In this document: positions 31,635-41,398 of the stretch, piece by piece
Position numbering within the stretch: the first letter of the stretch is position 1
Layout of the letters: every line of letters starts with the position of its first letter
Assembly (NCBI GenBank): GCA_963666315.2
Contig: CAXXHG010000018.1
Location: forward strand, 64,001-128,000
DNA: 64,000 nt
Reading direction: 5' to 3'
Source: Candidatus Binatia bacterium
Lineage (GTDB): Bacteria > Desulfobacterota > Binatia > Bin18
The notes under the pieces: model-generated
Database searches by the model: none
Seen by the model: the letters and a program-made list of their open reading frames with translations, nothing else
What the model was told of the DNA's origin: nothing
Position numbers and translations under genes: made by a program

Positions 31635-32288
31635 TCAATCTGTCATCACATCCAGCCGCAAACACATCTCGGTAAGTCCGGGATACTGCTCAACGGCCTC
31701 CTGTCCTTCAGGCACGATCTTATCGTGCAAAAAATGCAGCTTCCCGTAAACGGCCAGGTCCGCCATGCTGGGGTGGTCTAGCCCAAAGAAGAAGGGGCCC
31801 CGCCCCAGCATCTTGACTAAGGACGCCAGGTGGCTTTTGAGTTCGCGCACCAGTATGTCTGCCGGCAACCGCCCGGTTCCTTGCGCCCGAATCTGCGAGC
31901 GCATCATACGTGGTACCATGATCTTCACGATGGGTCGCAGAATCGGTGGAGCTGCGGAGACAAAGAGTTGTCGCACGCGTTTCGCATTGGCCGGAATCGT
32001 CCAACGCAACGCCATACCGTACCAATACAAGGACTCGTCTGCCCAATCCTCAATCAGACGTTGCTGCGCGGCAATCAGGTGATCAGCTGAAAGCAAAGGC
32101 GGGTCAGGCTGATAGTCGTCAAGCGCGGGCATTTTGCCTGTGGTCGGATTATTCCGACGCAGATCCTGAAACGTCTGTGGCTCGTGCAGCTCAAACGGCA
32201 GCCGCTTAAGCATGAGGCCCCGATAGACCTTTTCTACAAAAGGGGAGCGGCGCGAGCCGTGCAGAATGATCTTCTTTTGTCCTGGCAT
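31635..32288 (-). CDS. Glutathione S-transferase-like protein, apparently with an in-frame internal deletion
   Basis: SPFVEKV, NPTTGKMPAL, EDWADE, PSMADLAVYG; the segment that normally carries the (E/D)S motif is missing after KMPALD. Confidence 0.75.
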   Translation of the reverse strand: MPGQKKIILHGSRRSPFVEKVYRGLMLKRLPFELHEPQTFQDLRRNNPTTGKMPALDDYQPDPPLLSADHLIAAQQRLIEDWADESLYWYGMALRWTIPANAKRVRQLFVSAAPPILRPIVKIMVPRMMRSQIRAQGTGRLPADILVRELKSHLASLVKMLGRGPFFFGLDHPSMADLAVYGKLHFLHDKIVPEGQEAVEQYPGLTEMCLRLDVMTD

Positions 32289-32293
32289 GGTTC

Positions 32294-33448
32294 CTAGCGC
32301 AAGCCCCGGAAAAATTTTCGAATGTCTTCCGCCACGAGCTTGGGTTTCTCCATGGCCGCAAAGTGGCCGCCGGCCGACATGTCCGTCCAGTGCTGGACAT
32401 TGTACGCCCGTTCAGCCCACTCTCGTGGAGCGCGGGCAATTTCCTTGGGAAAGGATGCAATCCCGGTTGGCACAGTGACCTTTTCATCTTTCCCAAGTCG
32501 CCACGGGTGATGCCGCTCTTCGTAATAAATCCGCGAAGCCGAATGGAACGTCTGCGTTATCCAATAGATCATGACGTTGGTAAGGAGTTGATCTTTGGTG
32601 TACGAGTTCTCCGGATTGCCATTGCAATCGCTCCACGTCCGAAATTTCTCGACAATCCAGGCACACAGTCCGACCGGCGAGTCATTGAGCGCAAAACCTA
32701 AGGTCTGGGGCTTGGTGCCTTGAATCTCTTGGTAACCTCTTTCCTCTCGTTGCCACGCACCCATCCCTTTCAGGAACTCTTGTTCAGCCGCGCTCAAGTT
32801 TTGGCGGTTGGCAGGGTGAGGCGCGACCCCTATCATATTGAGATGGATACCAATAAGCTGCTCAGGACAGGCGTACCCCAGCCGTGAGGAAATCATCGAT
32901 CCCCAATCGCCCCCCTGTGCACCGTAGCGTTCATAGCCGAGCACGTCTTTCATTAAGACGGCGAACCAATCCGCCATGCGACTAATATTCACCTTACGCT
33001 CGTGTGGGGGATCAGAAAATCCGTAACCTGGCAGTGATGGTACGATCACGTCAAACGCATCAGCAGAATCACCACCGTGGGCCGCCGGGTCAGTCAGCGG
33101 CCCGATCACATCCATGAATTCATAAAACGACCCAGGCCATCCGTGCGAAATAATCAGCGGCAGCGGGTTCGGCCCTTTGCCGCGTTCATGGATGAAGTGA
33201 ATCCCCTGGCCATCAATCGTGGTTTTAAAATGCTGCCAACGGTTCATCTGCTTCTCCTGGGCCCGCCAGTCGTACTGGGTGCGCCAGTATTCGACCAACT
33301 GCTGGATATAAGACAGATTTGCCCCGTAATCCCAGTTTGAATCAGGCAGCTCTCCCGGCCAACGGACCTGATGAAGCCGATTTTTGAGATCATCAAGAAC
33401 GGTATCTGGGATATTGATCGTAAAAGGTTCCGGCGGGGTGTATTCCAT
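32294..33448 (-). CDS. Epoxide hydrolase (microsomal type, EHN domain)
   Basis: YDWR, IHFIH, HGWPGSFYEF, PSLPGYGFS, QGGDWG, GGHFAAME. Confidence 0.95.
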   Translation of the reverse strand: MEYTPPEPFTINIPDTVLDDLKNRLHQVRWPGELPDSNWDYGANLSYIQQLVEYWRTQYDWRAQEKQMNRWQHFKTTIDGQGIHFIHERGKGPNPLPLIISHGWPGSFYEFMDVIGPLTDPAAHGGDSADAFDVIVPSLPGYGFSDPPHERKVNISRMADWFAVLMKDVLGYERYGAQGGDWGSMISSRLGYACPEQLIGIHLNMIGVAPHPANRQNLSAAEQEFLKGMGAWQREERGYQEIQGTKPQTLGFALNDSPVGLCAWIVEKFRTWSDCNGNPENSYTKDQLLTNVMIYWITQTFHSASRIYYEERHHPWRLGKDEKVTVPTGIASFPKEIARAPREWAERAYNVQHWTDMSAGGHFAAMEKPKLVAEDIRKFFRGLR

Positions 33449-33510
33449 GGTTTTTTCTCCTTCGGGTTAGGCGCAATGCCGGAATTGTCTAGGCAATTCG
33501 TGAACCGCAT

Positions 33511-34881
33511 CTACTTTTGCTGCGACTGCTTTTTCCGTCGTGCACGCATCCGTTCCGCTATCACCTTCTCCTGTCCTCGCTCGCTCGGCTGATAATACTG
33601 CCGCTTTGACAACTTCTCGGGCAAGTGCTGCTGGTCTATCATGGCCTCCTCATAGTCATGCGCGTACTGGTAGTCTTTGCCATAGCCGAGGTTTTTCATC
33701 AATTTGGTAGGAGCGTTACGCAGATGCAGCGGCACGGGCAGCGGGCCATATTCTTTCACGTCTTCCTGGGCTGCCAACATGGCCTTGTATGAGGCGTTTG
33801 ATTTTGGCGCTGTGGCAAGATACGTCGCCGCTTGCGCAAGCGGGATGCGCGCCTCAGGCAGACCAACAAAATGGACGGCATCCTTTGTTGCTATGACGAG
33901 CGACAGGGCGTGCGGGTCAGCGTTGCCAACATCCTCGGCAGCGAAGATCACCATCCGTCTGGCAATAAACAAAATATCTTCGCCAGCCTCAAGCATGCGC
34001 ATCATCCAGTACACGGCGGCGTCAGGATCACTGCCCCGCAAGCTCTTAATAAAAGCGGAAATAACGTTGTAGTGTTCCTCGCCCCCCTTATCGTAGCGCA
34101 GGGATCTCTGCTGCGTCGCTTCTTTGACAAGAGGCAAGTCGAGACGCGTGGTCTTCTTTTGCCCAGCCAGCGTTGCCACAACTTCAAGCGTATTTAACGC
34201 CACCCGCGCGTCGCCGTGGGCATAGTGCGCAATCGTGCCAAGTACGTCTTCGTCAGCCGCCAGGTGCTGCGACCCGAGACCGCGCTCTTCATCCTGCAGC
34301 GCCGCCCGAAGAATCTGGACCAGATCCTCCGACTCTAAGGCTTCCAACACCACCACGCGTGCACGGGATAAAAGCGGGGCAATCACTTCAAAAGACGGAT
34401 TTTCGGTTGTCGCCCCAATCAGAATAGTCAGACCCTGCTCAACATGAGGCAGAAAAGCATCCTGCTGCGCCTTATTAAAACGATGGATCTCGTCAACGAA
34501 TAAGACCGTTGATAGCCCCGTCTGCTGCTGGTGTGCTTTCGCCTGTTCGATAATCAGACGGAGATCTTTGACCCCGGACAGAACAGCCGAGAAAGCCGCA
34601 AAGGGCAGATCCATAGCCTGAGCCAAAAGATGGGCTAAAGTGGTTTTCCCACTTCCCGGCGGTCCCCATAAGATCAGAGACGAGAGCGCCTGCTGCTCAA
34701 CCATTTGGCGCAACAGCCGGCCAGGGCCAAGAATACGTCTTTGGCCCACGTAGGCATCAAGCGTCTGCGGCCGCATGCGCTCGGCAAGTGGGGCGGTAGG
34801 AGAAGGAGGAGTTGGAGGGGCTTTCTTGGCTGTCTCCTTTACGGCAGTATGGGCGAATAAGTCAGGATGGCGTGTTGACAT
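33511..34881 (-). CDS. rarA: Replication-associated recombination protein A (RarA/MgsA)
   Basis: Start taken at ATG 34881; PLAERMRP, WGPPGSGKTT, DEIHRFNKAQQD, GATTENPSF, SAFIKSLRGSD, EDVGNADP, PLHLRNAPT. Confidence 0.96.
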   Translation of the reverse strand: MSTRHPDLFAHTAVKETAKKAPPTPPSPTAPLAERMRPQTLDAYVGQRRILGPGRLLRQMVEQQALSSLILWGPPGSGKTTLAHLLAQAMDLPFAAFSAVLSGVKDLRLIIEQAKAHQQQTGLSTVLFVDEIHRFNKAQQDAFLPHVEQGLTILIGATTENPSFEVIAPLLSRARVVVLEALESEDLVQILRAALQDEERGLGSQHLAADEDVLGTIAHYAHGDARVALNTLEVVATLAGQKKTTRLDLPLVKEATQQRSLRYDKGGEEHYNVISAFIKSLRGSDPDAAVYWMMRMLEAGEDILFIARRMVIFAAEDVGNADPHALSLVIATKDAVHFVGLPEARIPLAQAATYLATAPKSNASYKAMLAAQEDVKEYGPLPVPLHLRNAPTKLMKNLGYGKDYQYAHDYEEAMIDQQHLPEKLSKRQYYQPSERGQEKVIAERMRARRKKQSQQK

Positions 34882-34944
34882 GCGAACGTCATTATACCCA
34901 AGACAAAGCAAAAAGGGAGCGCCCGATCCTCCCCCGCAGCAACC

Positions 34945-35799
34945 ATGAAAACGATTGGTCTGGTGATCAAAGTCAACACGCCAGAAGCGGTTACTTTGGG
35001 CCGAACACTGATAGCTTGGTTGCAGAAACGGGGCAAAACCATCCTGCCTGAGGATAGGACCTGCGGAGAGCTGGGGCTCGACCGCGGCTGGCGGAAAGTT
35101 GAAATTCTGCAACAGGCCGACCTTGTGGTCGTGCTCGGGGGTGATGGGACCCTGCTGAGTGTTGCCCGCCGCGCGAATTCCCGCGAGGTACCGATTCTTG
35201 GTGTAAATCTGGGCGGATTCGGCTTTTTGACTGAAACCAGAACTAGCGAGCTGCTGGGTATGCTCGAGCAGGTTATGAGCGGTGAGTTTGAAGTTGAACG
35301 GCGGAGTTTGCTTGAAGCCACGCTGATCCGGAATGGCGGACACAGCCAGACCTTTCAAGTCCTCAATGATGCAGTCATTAATAAAAGTGCGCTCGCCCGT
35401 ATCATTGACTTGGAAACCTGGGTCGACGGCCAACACCTGTGTACCTACAAGGCTGATGGGTTAATTGTCGCCACTCCCACCGGCTCGACTGCCTATTCCT
35501 TAGCAGCAGGAGGTCCCATCATTGATCCAGCCGTCGGAGTAGTCATGCTCACCCCGATCTGTCCGCATACCCTGACCAACCGCCCCATTATCCTGCCCGA
35601 CTATGCGGACATTCGGGTTGTTCTGCGTACGGTTGACCAAGATGTTATTCTCACCCTCGATGGCCAAGAGGGCCATCCGCTCAAGAGCGGAGATACTGTC
35701 AGGATTAAGCGCTCTGGCATAACCGTCGTCTTAATCAAATCCCCTAATCGGACGTTTTTCGACGTCCTGCGCAGTAAACTGCGTTGGGGTGAACGGTAA
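34945..35799 (+). CDS. nadK: NAD kinase
   Basis: LGGDGTLL, GVNLGGFGFL, LNDAVI, DGLIVATPTGSTAYSLAAGGPI. Confidence 0.96.
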   Translation: MKTIGLVIKVNTPEAVTLGRTLIAWLQKRGKTILPEDRTCGELGLDRGWRKVEILQQADLVVVLGGDGTLLSVARRANSREVPILGVNLGGFGFLTETRTSELLGMLEQVMSGEFEVERRSLLEATLIRNGGHSQTFQVLNDAVINKSALARIIDLETWVDGQHLCTYKADGLIVATPTGSTAYSLAAGGPIIDPAVGVVMLTPICPHTLTNRPIILPDYADIRVVLRTVDQDVILTLDGQEGHPLKSGDTVRIKRSGITVVLIKSPNRTFFDVLRSKLRWGER

Positions 35800-35812
35800 G
35801 GAAAACAAGATT

Positions 35813-36778
35813 GTGAAAAAATATTGTCTCTCTATTATTACGGGTCTTGCAGCCAGCTTTTTCCTCTTGCCTGCCTCTGCGACTGCAAATCCTTGTCATG
35901 AAGGTCGAGATATTCTCGGGCTCGCCCTGCATCCCACCAAACAGGCAGACGACCTCGGCCTCTCTATTGCTGAGATCATACCGCTTACGCCAGGGGCTCA
36001 GGCCGGCTTGCGCAAGGGTGATGTGCTGGAGCAGGTCAATAGCTGGCCCATACGCGACTGTAAGAGCTACCGGAAGGCAGTCCGGGATGCGCAGAAAAAA
36101 CAAAAGGCCATCCTCCTCTTAGTGTCGCGCAAAGGAAAGCGAAAGCCTATCTTTTTTGAGCCGGAAATCTGGCGACGCATACAAGAGAAAAGAGAAGAGC
36201 AGCAAGCGGTCGCGAGCCTGCAATCCATGCTGTCTTCGCCATTACCAGAAGAGATCCAAAAAAAGACAGGAAAAGTCGGAGACCAGGCGTTGGCCACCTT
36301 ACGTGGATTGGAAACGATGACCTCACTTCCGAGTCTACTCCCGGTCTACGAAAAAGGCGTCAGAGAAGCCAGAATCCAACTCCGATCACTCGACCGGGGC
36401 AGCCAAGGCGAAGCAGAGAAACGCGTTGTGGCGGGCGCTAAAGTGCTCTTTGGGTATTACGAAACGGCACGCGCCATCCGTCAGTATAAGTCCGACTATG
36501 TGAGTCGTAAACGGTCGGATCTACGCAAAGAGCGGGCGGCAAGCTTTACCTCAGAAACTATGCCGTATTTCTACGATTCGCCGGTTACGGGTTGGGTCGA
36601 TAAATACCCATTCCTGCGCGCCAGCATCAAAGATTCTCCGGATAAACTCGGGTTTGACTTTATCGAGCGCCCTGGCGGTTGGGACCCGGACAAAGCGGTT
36701 CGGCTGCTGTGGCAGCGCGCCAGGAACGAGACAAACAAATTCGCCCAATGGATAAATGGGCAGGCAAGTACAAAGTAA
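35813..36778 (+). CDS. Exported PDZ-domain protein
   Basis: Signal peptide (…ASATA), PDZ core TPGAQAGLRKGDVLEQVN, then an unrecognised helical domain. Confidence 0.75.
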   Translation: MKKYCLSIITGLAASFFLLPASATANPCHEGRDILGLALHPTKQADDLGLSIAEIIPLTPGAQAGLRKGDVLEQVNSWPIRDCKSYRKAVRDAQKKQKAILLLVSRKGKRKPIFFEPEIWRRIQEKREEQQAVASLQSMLSSPLPEEIQKKTGKVGDQALATLRGLETMTSLPSLLPVYEKGVREARIQLRSLDRGSQGEAEKRVVAGAKVLFGYYETARAIRQYKSDYVSRKRSDLRKERAASFTSETMPYFYDSPVTGWVDKYPFLRASIKDSPDKLGFDFIERPGGWDPDKAVRLLWQRARNETNKFAQWINGQASTK

Positions 36779-36788
36779 TACGTGCTAA

Positions 36789-36949
36789 GAGGGGGTCCAA
36801 AATGTCCATTCTGGGTGTCGCCCGGCTGCAACCAGTGTGTCCAGCGTTCTCCTGCATCGCCATATCCCACGGATATGGCTGCTTCGGGCGCCTTGGTCAC
36901 ACCGTTTTCTCTCGGGCTTTGGCCACAGAGACACTTATTAGACACCCTC
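36789..36949. mobile_element. 161-bp MITE (IS5 family, IS1031-like ends)
   Basis: TIRs GAGGGGGTCCAA / TTAGACACCCTC (10/12 match), TAA duplicated at 36786-36788 and 36950-36952, internal hairpin GCCATATCC-CAC-GGATATGGC, no transposase. Confidence 0.7.
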
Positions 36950-37025
36950 TAAGGACTACGGCTTTGTCTTTTCACTCAGTCCTTATTGCGTTTCGCTCAT
37001 TATTGAGTACAGCTCCTTATTCACG

Positions 37026-38237
37026 TCAGAACGGCCACCAGCGTTCCCACACACCTGCTTGTGCCACATCCTGAGCGGCCGCAGCCTGCGTCTGCCCGAG
37101 CCGTGATCCATTCAGCGTCACCACAACAGACCCGAGAACCTGTCCAGCCGTAATCGGTGCAGGCACGCGCTCTGACACATCGATTTCAATCCGGATTTTC
37201 ATTATTTCGCTTTTTTTGACTAACGTCCGGATCTCTCCTACTGCTACCAAAGGAACACGTTCATGGACTCCGCCTTGCACGAAGGCGTGATGCGCAAGCG
37301 CATCACCCGGTTTGACGGCTACGACCATGCGATAATGGGCAAATCCACGATTGAGAAGACGCGTCGCACTTAAAAAGCACTGCGCCCGCTGCTCAGTCCC
37401 CAGCACAACGGCAATCAGTCGCAGATCACCACGCTGCGCACTGGCAGTGATACAATATCCGGCTTGACTGTGATAGCCGGTCTTAATGCCATCCGCGCCA
37501 CGATACTGCCGGAGCAACTGGTTGGGATTGGACAACAGAAAAACACCGTCTCGAAAGGGTGCCTCGCTGGTCGCCGCCCACTCCGCAGCTTCAGGAAACC
37601 GGAGGAGTTCACGACCCAACATCGCAAGATCGTAGGCACTCATACGATCCTCTTCCTGTCCTGGGTCGGGGGGGAGGCCGTGGACACTATTATATTGCGT
37701 TTCCTTGAGTCCAAACTGTTCGGCCTTGTCGTTCATGAAGTCGACGAAAGCCTCGGAACTGCCGGCCACATATTCAGCCAACGCGGTTGCGGCATCATTC
37801 GCAGAGTGGATCATCACGGCTCGTAACAGTTCTCTCACGGTGAAGATTTCACCTTCTTTGAGATACACCTGCGAGCCACCCATGCGGGCCGCCCAGCGAG
37901 AAGTGGAGACCTTCTCATCCATGCCAAGCTGTCCATCTCTGATTTGCTCTAAGACAACGAGCGTTGTCATCATTTTGACCATTGAGGCCGGCTGCCACGG
38001 AATATGAGCGTCTTTCTCAAACAGAATGCTCCCGGTTTCCGGCTCCATCAAAATGGCAGCTTTGTAGGGGGCGGATTCTTCACTGGCTGCATCAGCTGCC
38101 GGCACGAGGTCCGCCGCACCGATTCCGACAGGGACACGCAGAACCACGAGGAAGACTGAGAGCAGCACCATCCCGAGCCTCCCAGAAACCGACCACTCAT
38201 CCCGTCGCAGCCACCCGCGCTGAGAAACAATACCCAC
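37026..38237 (-). CDS. dacA: D-alanyl-D-alanine carboxypeptidase (peptidase S11)
   Basis: PASMVK (SxxK), GGSQVYL, SANDA (SxN), IKTGY; C-terminal PBP5_C-like domain. The start may be at the downstream Met (MVLLSV). Confidence 0.92.
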   Translation of the reverse strand: MGIVSQRGWLRRDEWSVSGRLGMVLLSVFLVVLRVPVGIGAADLVPAADAASEESAPYKAAILMEPETGSILFEKDAHIPWQPASMVKMMTTLVVLEQIRDGQLGMDEKVSTSRWAARMGGSQVYLKEGEIFTVRELLRAVMIHSANDAATALAEYVAGSSEAFVDFMNDKAEQFGLKETQYNSVHGLPPDPGQEEDRMSAYDLAMLGRELLRFPEAAEWAATSEAPFRDGVFLLSNPNQLLRQYRGADGIKTGYHSQAGYCITASAQRGDLRLIAVVLGTEQRAQCFLSATRLLNRGFAHYRMVVAVKPGDALAHHAFVQGGVHERVPLVAVGEIRTLVKKSEIMKIRIEIDVSERVPAPITAGQVLGSVVVTLNGSRLGQTQAAAAQDVAQAGVWERWWPF

Positions 38238-38371
38238 CCCGAGACCTCCTTCTCCTACTCATCGTTTCCGCTAATTATGATCGGGCACGCGGGGGAGCGA
38301 GTCAAGCGACACCGAGACAGACAACGCTCATGGCCGGTCGTCGTACGAGGTGTCATGCCTATGGACTCTCT

Positions 38372-40066
38372 CTATAATTGCCGCAACTGACGGGTCTGTG
38401 CCCAGTTAATCTCACACGTTTCAGTTAAGACGACGCGATACTCTTCTTCGGCCGCTCGGCGTGAAACATAGCCATCCAGCACATCCTGCCTGACCCGCTC
38501 AGGGTCGCGCTCAAACGGCGAAAAGAATCCCGCACCGCCAGGCAGACGAAGCGTCACCTGCTCGTCCGGGGCCAGCCGGTATTGTGCTTTCGGATGCGGC
38601 CGGGTCCCATCCGACAGCACAAAGTCCCCTAGTCCGCCCGGCTTTCCCCCGGAAAAACCTTGGGCCGGAAATTTTATACGGTCATACATGGCCGAGTGGA
38701 TAACCGGCTCGTTTGACCGCACAGACAAGACCATCTCTTGACCAAGTCCACCACGATACTTTCCCGGACCACCAGAGTCGGGCACCAAAGCACGCTTATG
38801 CATGACAAGGGGAGAGACGTTTTCAATAATCTCTGCAGGCACGCCTTGGATACCACTCGGGAAGGCAGTCGCGGAGATCCCGTCCTTATCCGGCCGCGCA
38901 CCCATACCACCTGCAGAGAAAAACACATACGTGAACCGATTCGCTGCACGATCTTTACCCGTGAACTGCGTAATCCAGATATTCGCCGCTCCATCAGCCA
39001 AGACTCGGTCCGGCACAGCGTGGGCTAACGCGCCAAATACTGCGGTTGAGAGAAAATGGCCGACAATATGACGGCCGCCCACAGGTGCCGGGAACTGGCA
39101 GTTTAAAATCGATCCTTCCGGCGCGGTAATGTGGATGGGCCGGAAGCTGCCCTCATTATTCGGTATATGGGGAGAAATCGCACATTTGAGGGGATAGGTC
39201 GTATACGCAATGCAATACGCCAACGGCACATTAATGCCACGCTCACACTGCGGCGACGTGCCGGCGTAATCAATTTTCAAATCAGATCCATCCACGGTTA
39301 CGGCAATCTTGACCGTGATGGGTTCATCAAAGCCGTCTATCTGGATTGTGTGCTGATAGGTTTCTTGCGGCAGCTCGGCAATGGCCTTACGCATGGCCGT
39401 CTCTGATGTACGGAGAATGGCTTCAGCCAAGGGATCGAGCGAAGCAAAATCATACTCGTCCATAAACTCCAGTAGCTTAGCCCCACCCACTTCGTTGCCG
39501 CCCACCTGGGCCATCAAGTCGCCTTCCACAAGACCGGGGGCACGCACGTTTTGTTTGATCAAGCGAAAAATGTCCTGGTTAGGCTGTCCGGCGCGAAAGA
39601 GTTTGAGGATCGGCACATAAATACCTTCTTCATACACCTGGCGCGCATCCGCCCCCAGCATCCGTCCGCCAACGTCAACCGCGTGACACGTACTCGCAAA
39701 AAGCGCGACCGGCTTGCCGCGCCGAAAGATTGGGGTGACAACGGTAAAATCGTTGAGATGGCCTGAGGTCAGCCAGGGATCATTACTGATCAGGCTGTCC
39801 CCCTCAGCTAATGTTTCCAGTGGATATTCGGTCAGAAAATGTCGCACGGCTAAGGCCATGGTGTTGATATGGCCGGGCGTGCCGGTGACGGCTTGGGCGA
39901 TCATATTGCCTTGGGTATCGAATACTCCTGCGGAAAGATCACCCGCCTCGCGCACAACCGTCGTGAATGAGGCGTTCTGCAGGGCTGTGGCTTGTTCGTT
40001 GACAATGGAAATCAAGCGGTTCCACAAAATTTCTAACCCAATGGGATCAAGCTCTTGAGTGTCCAT
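38372..40066 (-). CDS. Hydantoinase B / oxoprolinase family protein
   Basis: AAAGAAG RBS, ATG 40066; LEILWNRL, REAGDLS, NDPW...HLND, HAVDVGG, EEG, DSGGPG.YRGG, PGGAGF. Confidence 0.93.
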   Translation of the reverse strand: MDTQELDPIGLEILWNRLISIVNEQATALQNASFTTVVREAGDLSAGVFDTQGNMIAQAVTGTPGHINTMALAVRHFLTEYPLETLAEGDSLISNDPWLTSGHLNDFTVVTPIFRRGKPVALFASTCHAVDVGGRMLGADARQVYEEGIYVPILKLFRAGQPNQDIFRLIKQNVRAPGLVEGDLMAQVGGNEVGGAKLLEFMDEYDFASLDPLAEAILRTSETAMRKAIAELPQETYQHTIQIDGFDEPITVKIAVTVDGSDLKIDYAGTSPQCERGINVPLAYCIAYTTYPLKCAISPHIPNNEGSFRPIHITAPEGSILNCQFPAPVGGRHIVGHFLSTAVFGALAHAVPDRVLADGAANIWITQFTGKDRAANRFTYVFFSAGGMGARPDKDGISATAFPSGIQGVPAEIIENVSPLVMHKRALVPDSGGPGKYRGGLGQEMVLSVRSNEPVIHSAMYDRIKFPAQGFSGGKPGGLGDFVLSDGTRPHPKAQYRLAPDEQVTLRLPGGAGFFSPFERDPERVRQDVLDGYVSRRAAEEEYRVVLTETCEINWAQTRQLRQL

Positions 40067-40202
40067 ATCTTCTTTCGTAGCCGGGCTTTGACAAGACAGC
40101 AAGTCACTTTCCTACTCCTCCCTCTTGAAAAGTACTGCCAACCCCAGATAAACACGTTACTTCAGTTCTTGTGTGGATACGAAATCAATTAAGGAGGAAA
40201 CC

Positions 40203-41129
40203 ATGCCCCTAGGTGAACAAGAAAAAGGGTTTATTGCCCAACTCGAGGCGGCCGGCGGTGGCGGCTTCAATGAGATGTCGGTTGAGGAAGCCCGACTAGC
40301 TATTTTGCAATTATTCAAAGTCGAGAACCCGGAACAGGTCGCAAGTGTCGAAGACAGGAAGATTCCGACCGTCAATGGAGATCTTCCACTCCGCATCTAT
40401 ACCCCTACAGGTGACGGCCCCCACCCCATTCTCATGTTCTTCCACGGGGGAGGCTGGGTTGTCGGCAACCTCGAAAGCCATGATGCCATGTGCCGCGTCC
40501 TGACCAATGCCGCCCAGTGTATGACGATTTCGGTCGATTACCGCTTAGCACCGGAACACAAATTTCCGGCGGCACCAGACGATTGCTATGAAGCCACCAA
40601 ATGGGCCGTGCTGAATGCGGCTGCTCTTGGAGGAGATCCGCAACGGGTCGCCGTGGGCGGCGATAGCGCCGGCGGCAACCTGGCTGCCGCGGTGGCATTG
40701 ATGGCCGGAGATCGAGGCGCTCCGTCGTTGGCCTATCAACTGCTGCTCTATCCGGTCACCAACCATGCCTTTGACACCGAGTCGTGCAAGCAGAACGGCG
40801 AGGGGTATTTGCTGACCAAAGACGACATGGTCTGGTTCTGGGATCACTACCTGGAAAATGACGAGGCCGGGAAGGCCCCGTATGCCTCGCCGTTACAGGC
40901 TAAGTATATCAATAGCCCGGCGCCAGGGTTAGTGATGACGGCCGAGTTTGACCCGCTGCGCGATGAAGGCGAAGCGTATGGCAAGAAGCTCCAAGACGCC
41001 GGCGCAGATATTACAATCTCGCGTTACGCGGGAACAATTCACGGCTTCTTCGGGCTCTTTCAGCTTGACGCTCAGAAGAAAGCCTTGGCCGAAGCGGCTG
41101 AGGGGTTGAAAACCGCCTTCGCGAAGTAA
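40203..41129 (+). CDS. Alpha/beta hydrolase, HSL (family IV) esterase/lipase
   Basis: AAGGAGG RBS; [29 protein letters not shown]. Confidence 0.95.
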   Translation: MPLGEQEKGFIAQLEAAGGGGFNEMSVEEARLAILQLFKVENPEQVASVEDRKIPTVNGDLPLRIYTPTGDGPHPILMFFHGGGWVVGNLESHDAMCRVLTNAAQCMTISVDYRLAPEHKFPAAPDDCYEATKWAVLNAAALGGDPQRVAVGGDSAGGNLAAAVALMAGDRGAPSLAYQLLLYPVTNHAFDTESCKQNGEGYLLTKDDMVWFWDHYLENDEAGKAPYASPLQAKYINSPAPGLVMTAEFDPLRDEGEAYGKKLQDAGADITISRYAGTIHGFFGLFQLDAQKKALAEAAEGLKTAFAK

Positions 41130-41170
41130 AGACGAACGGCTTTTACCATTCAACATTGACCGTTTATAGG

Positions 41171-41197
41171 GGGCAGTCTGGTGTGGCTGCCCTTTTT
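41171..41197 (+). terminator. Rho-independent terminator
   Basis: GGGCAG-TCTGGTGTGG-CTGCCC-TTTTT downstream of the esterase. Confidence 0.75.
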
Positions 41198-41398
41198 CAG
41201 GGTTTCGTCTTCTCTAACAGCTCAATATCTCCGCGGTCTTCATAACTTGTATCCCTAAGCGACTCTTGCATACTACCATGCTGAGCTCGGAACACCCAGC
41301 CGTTTCTCTCTCACTTCAAGAAAATGCTCAACATTGACTCTCCTCCTCCCCCACCTTAATTTAAGAAGAGATCTTTTCAACCCAACGGAGGCAAAACC

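Noticed and set aside
34882-35436. 185-aa N-terminal extension of RarA in the ORF track
   Set aside because: It is the antisense shadow of nadK; RarA similarity starts near ATG 34881.
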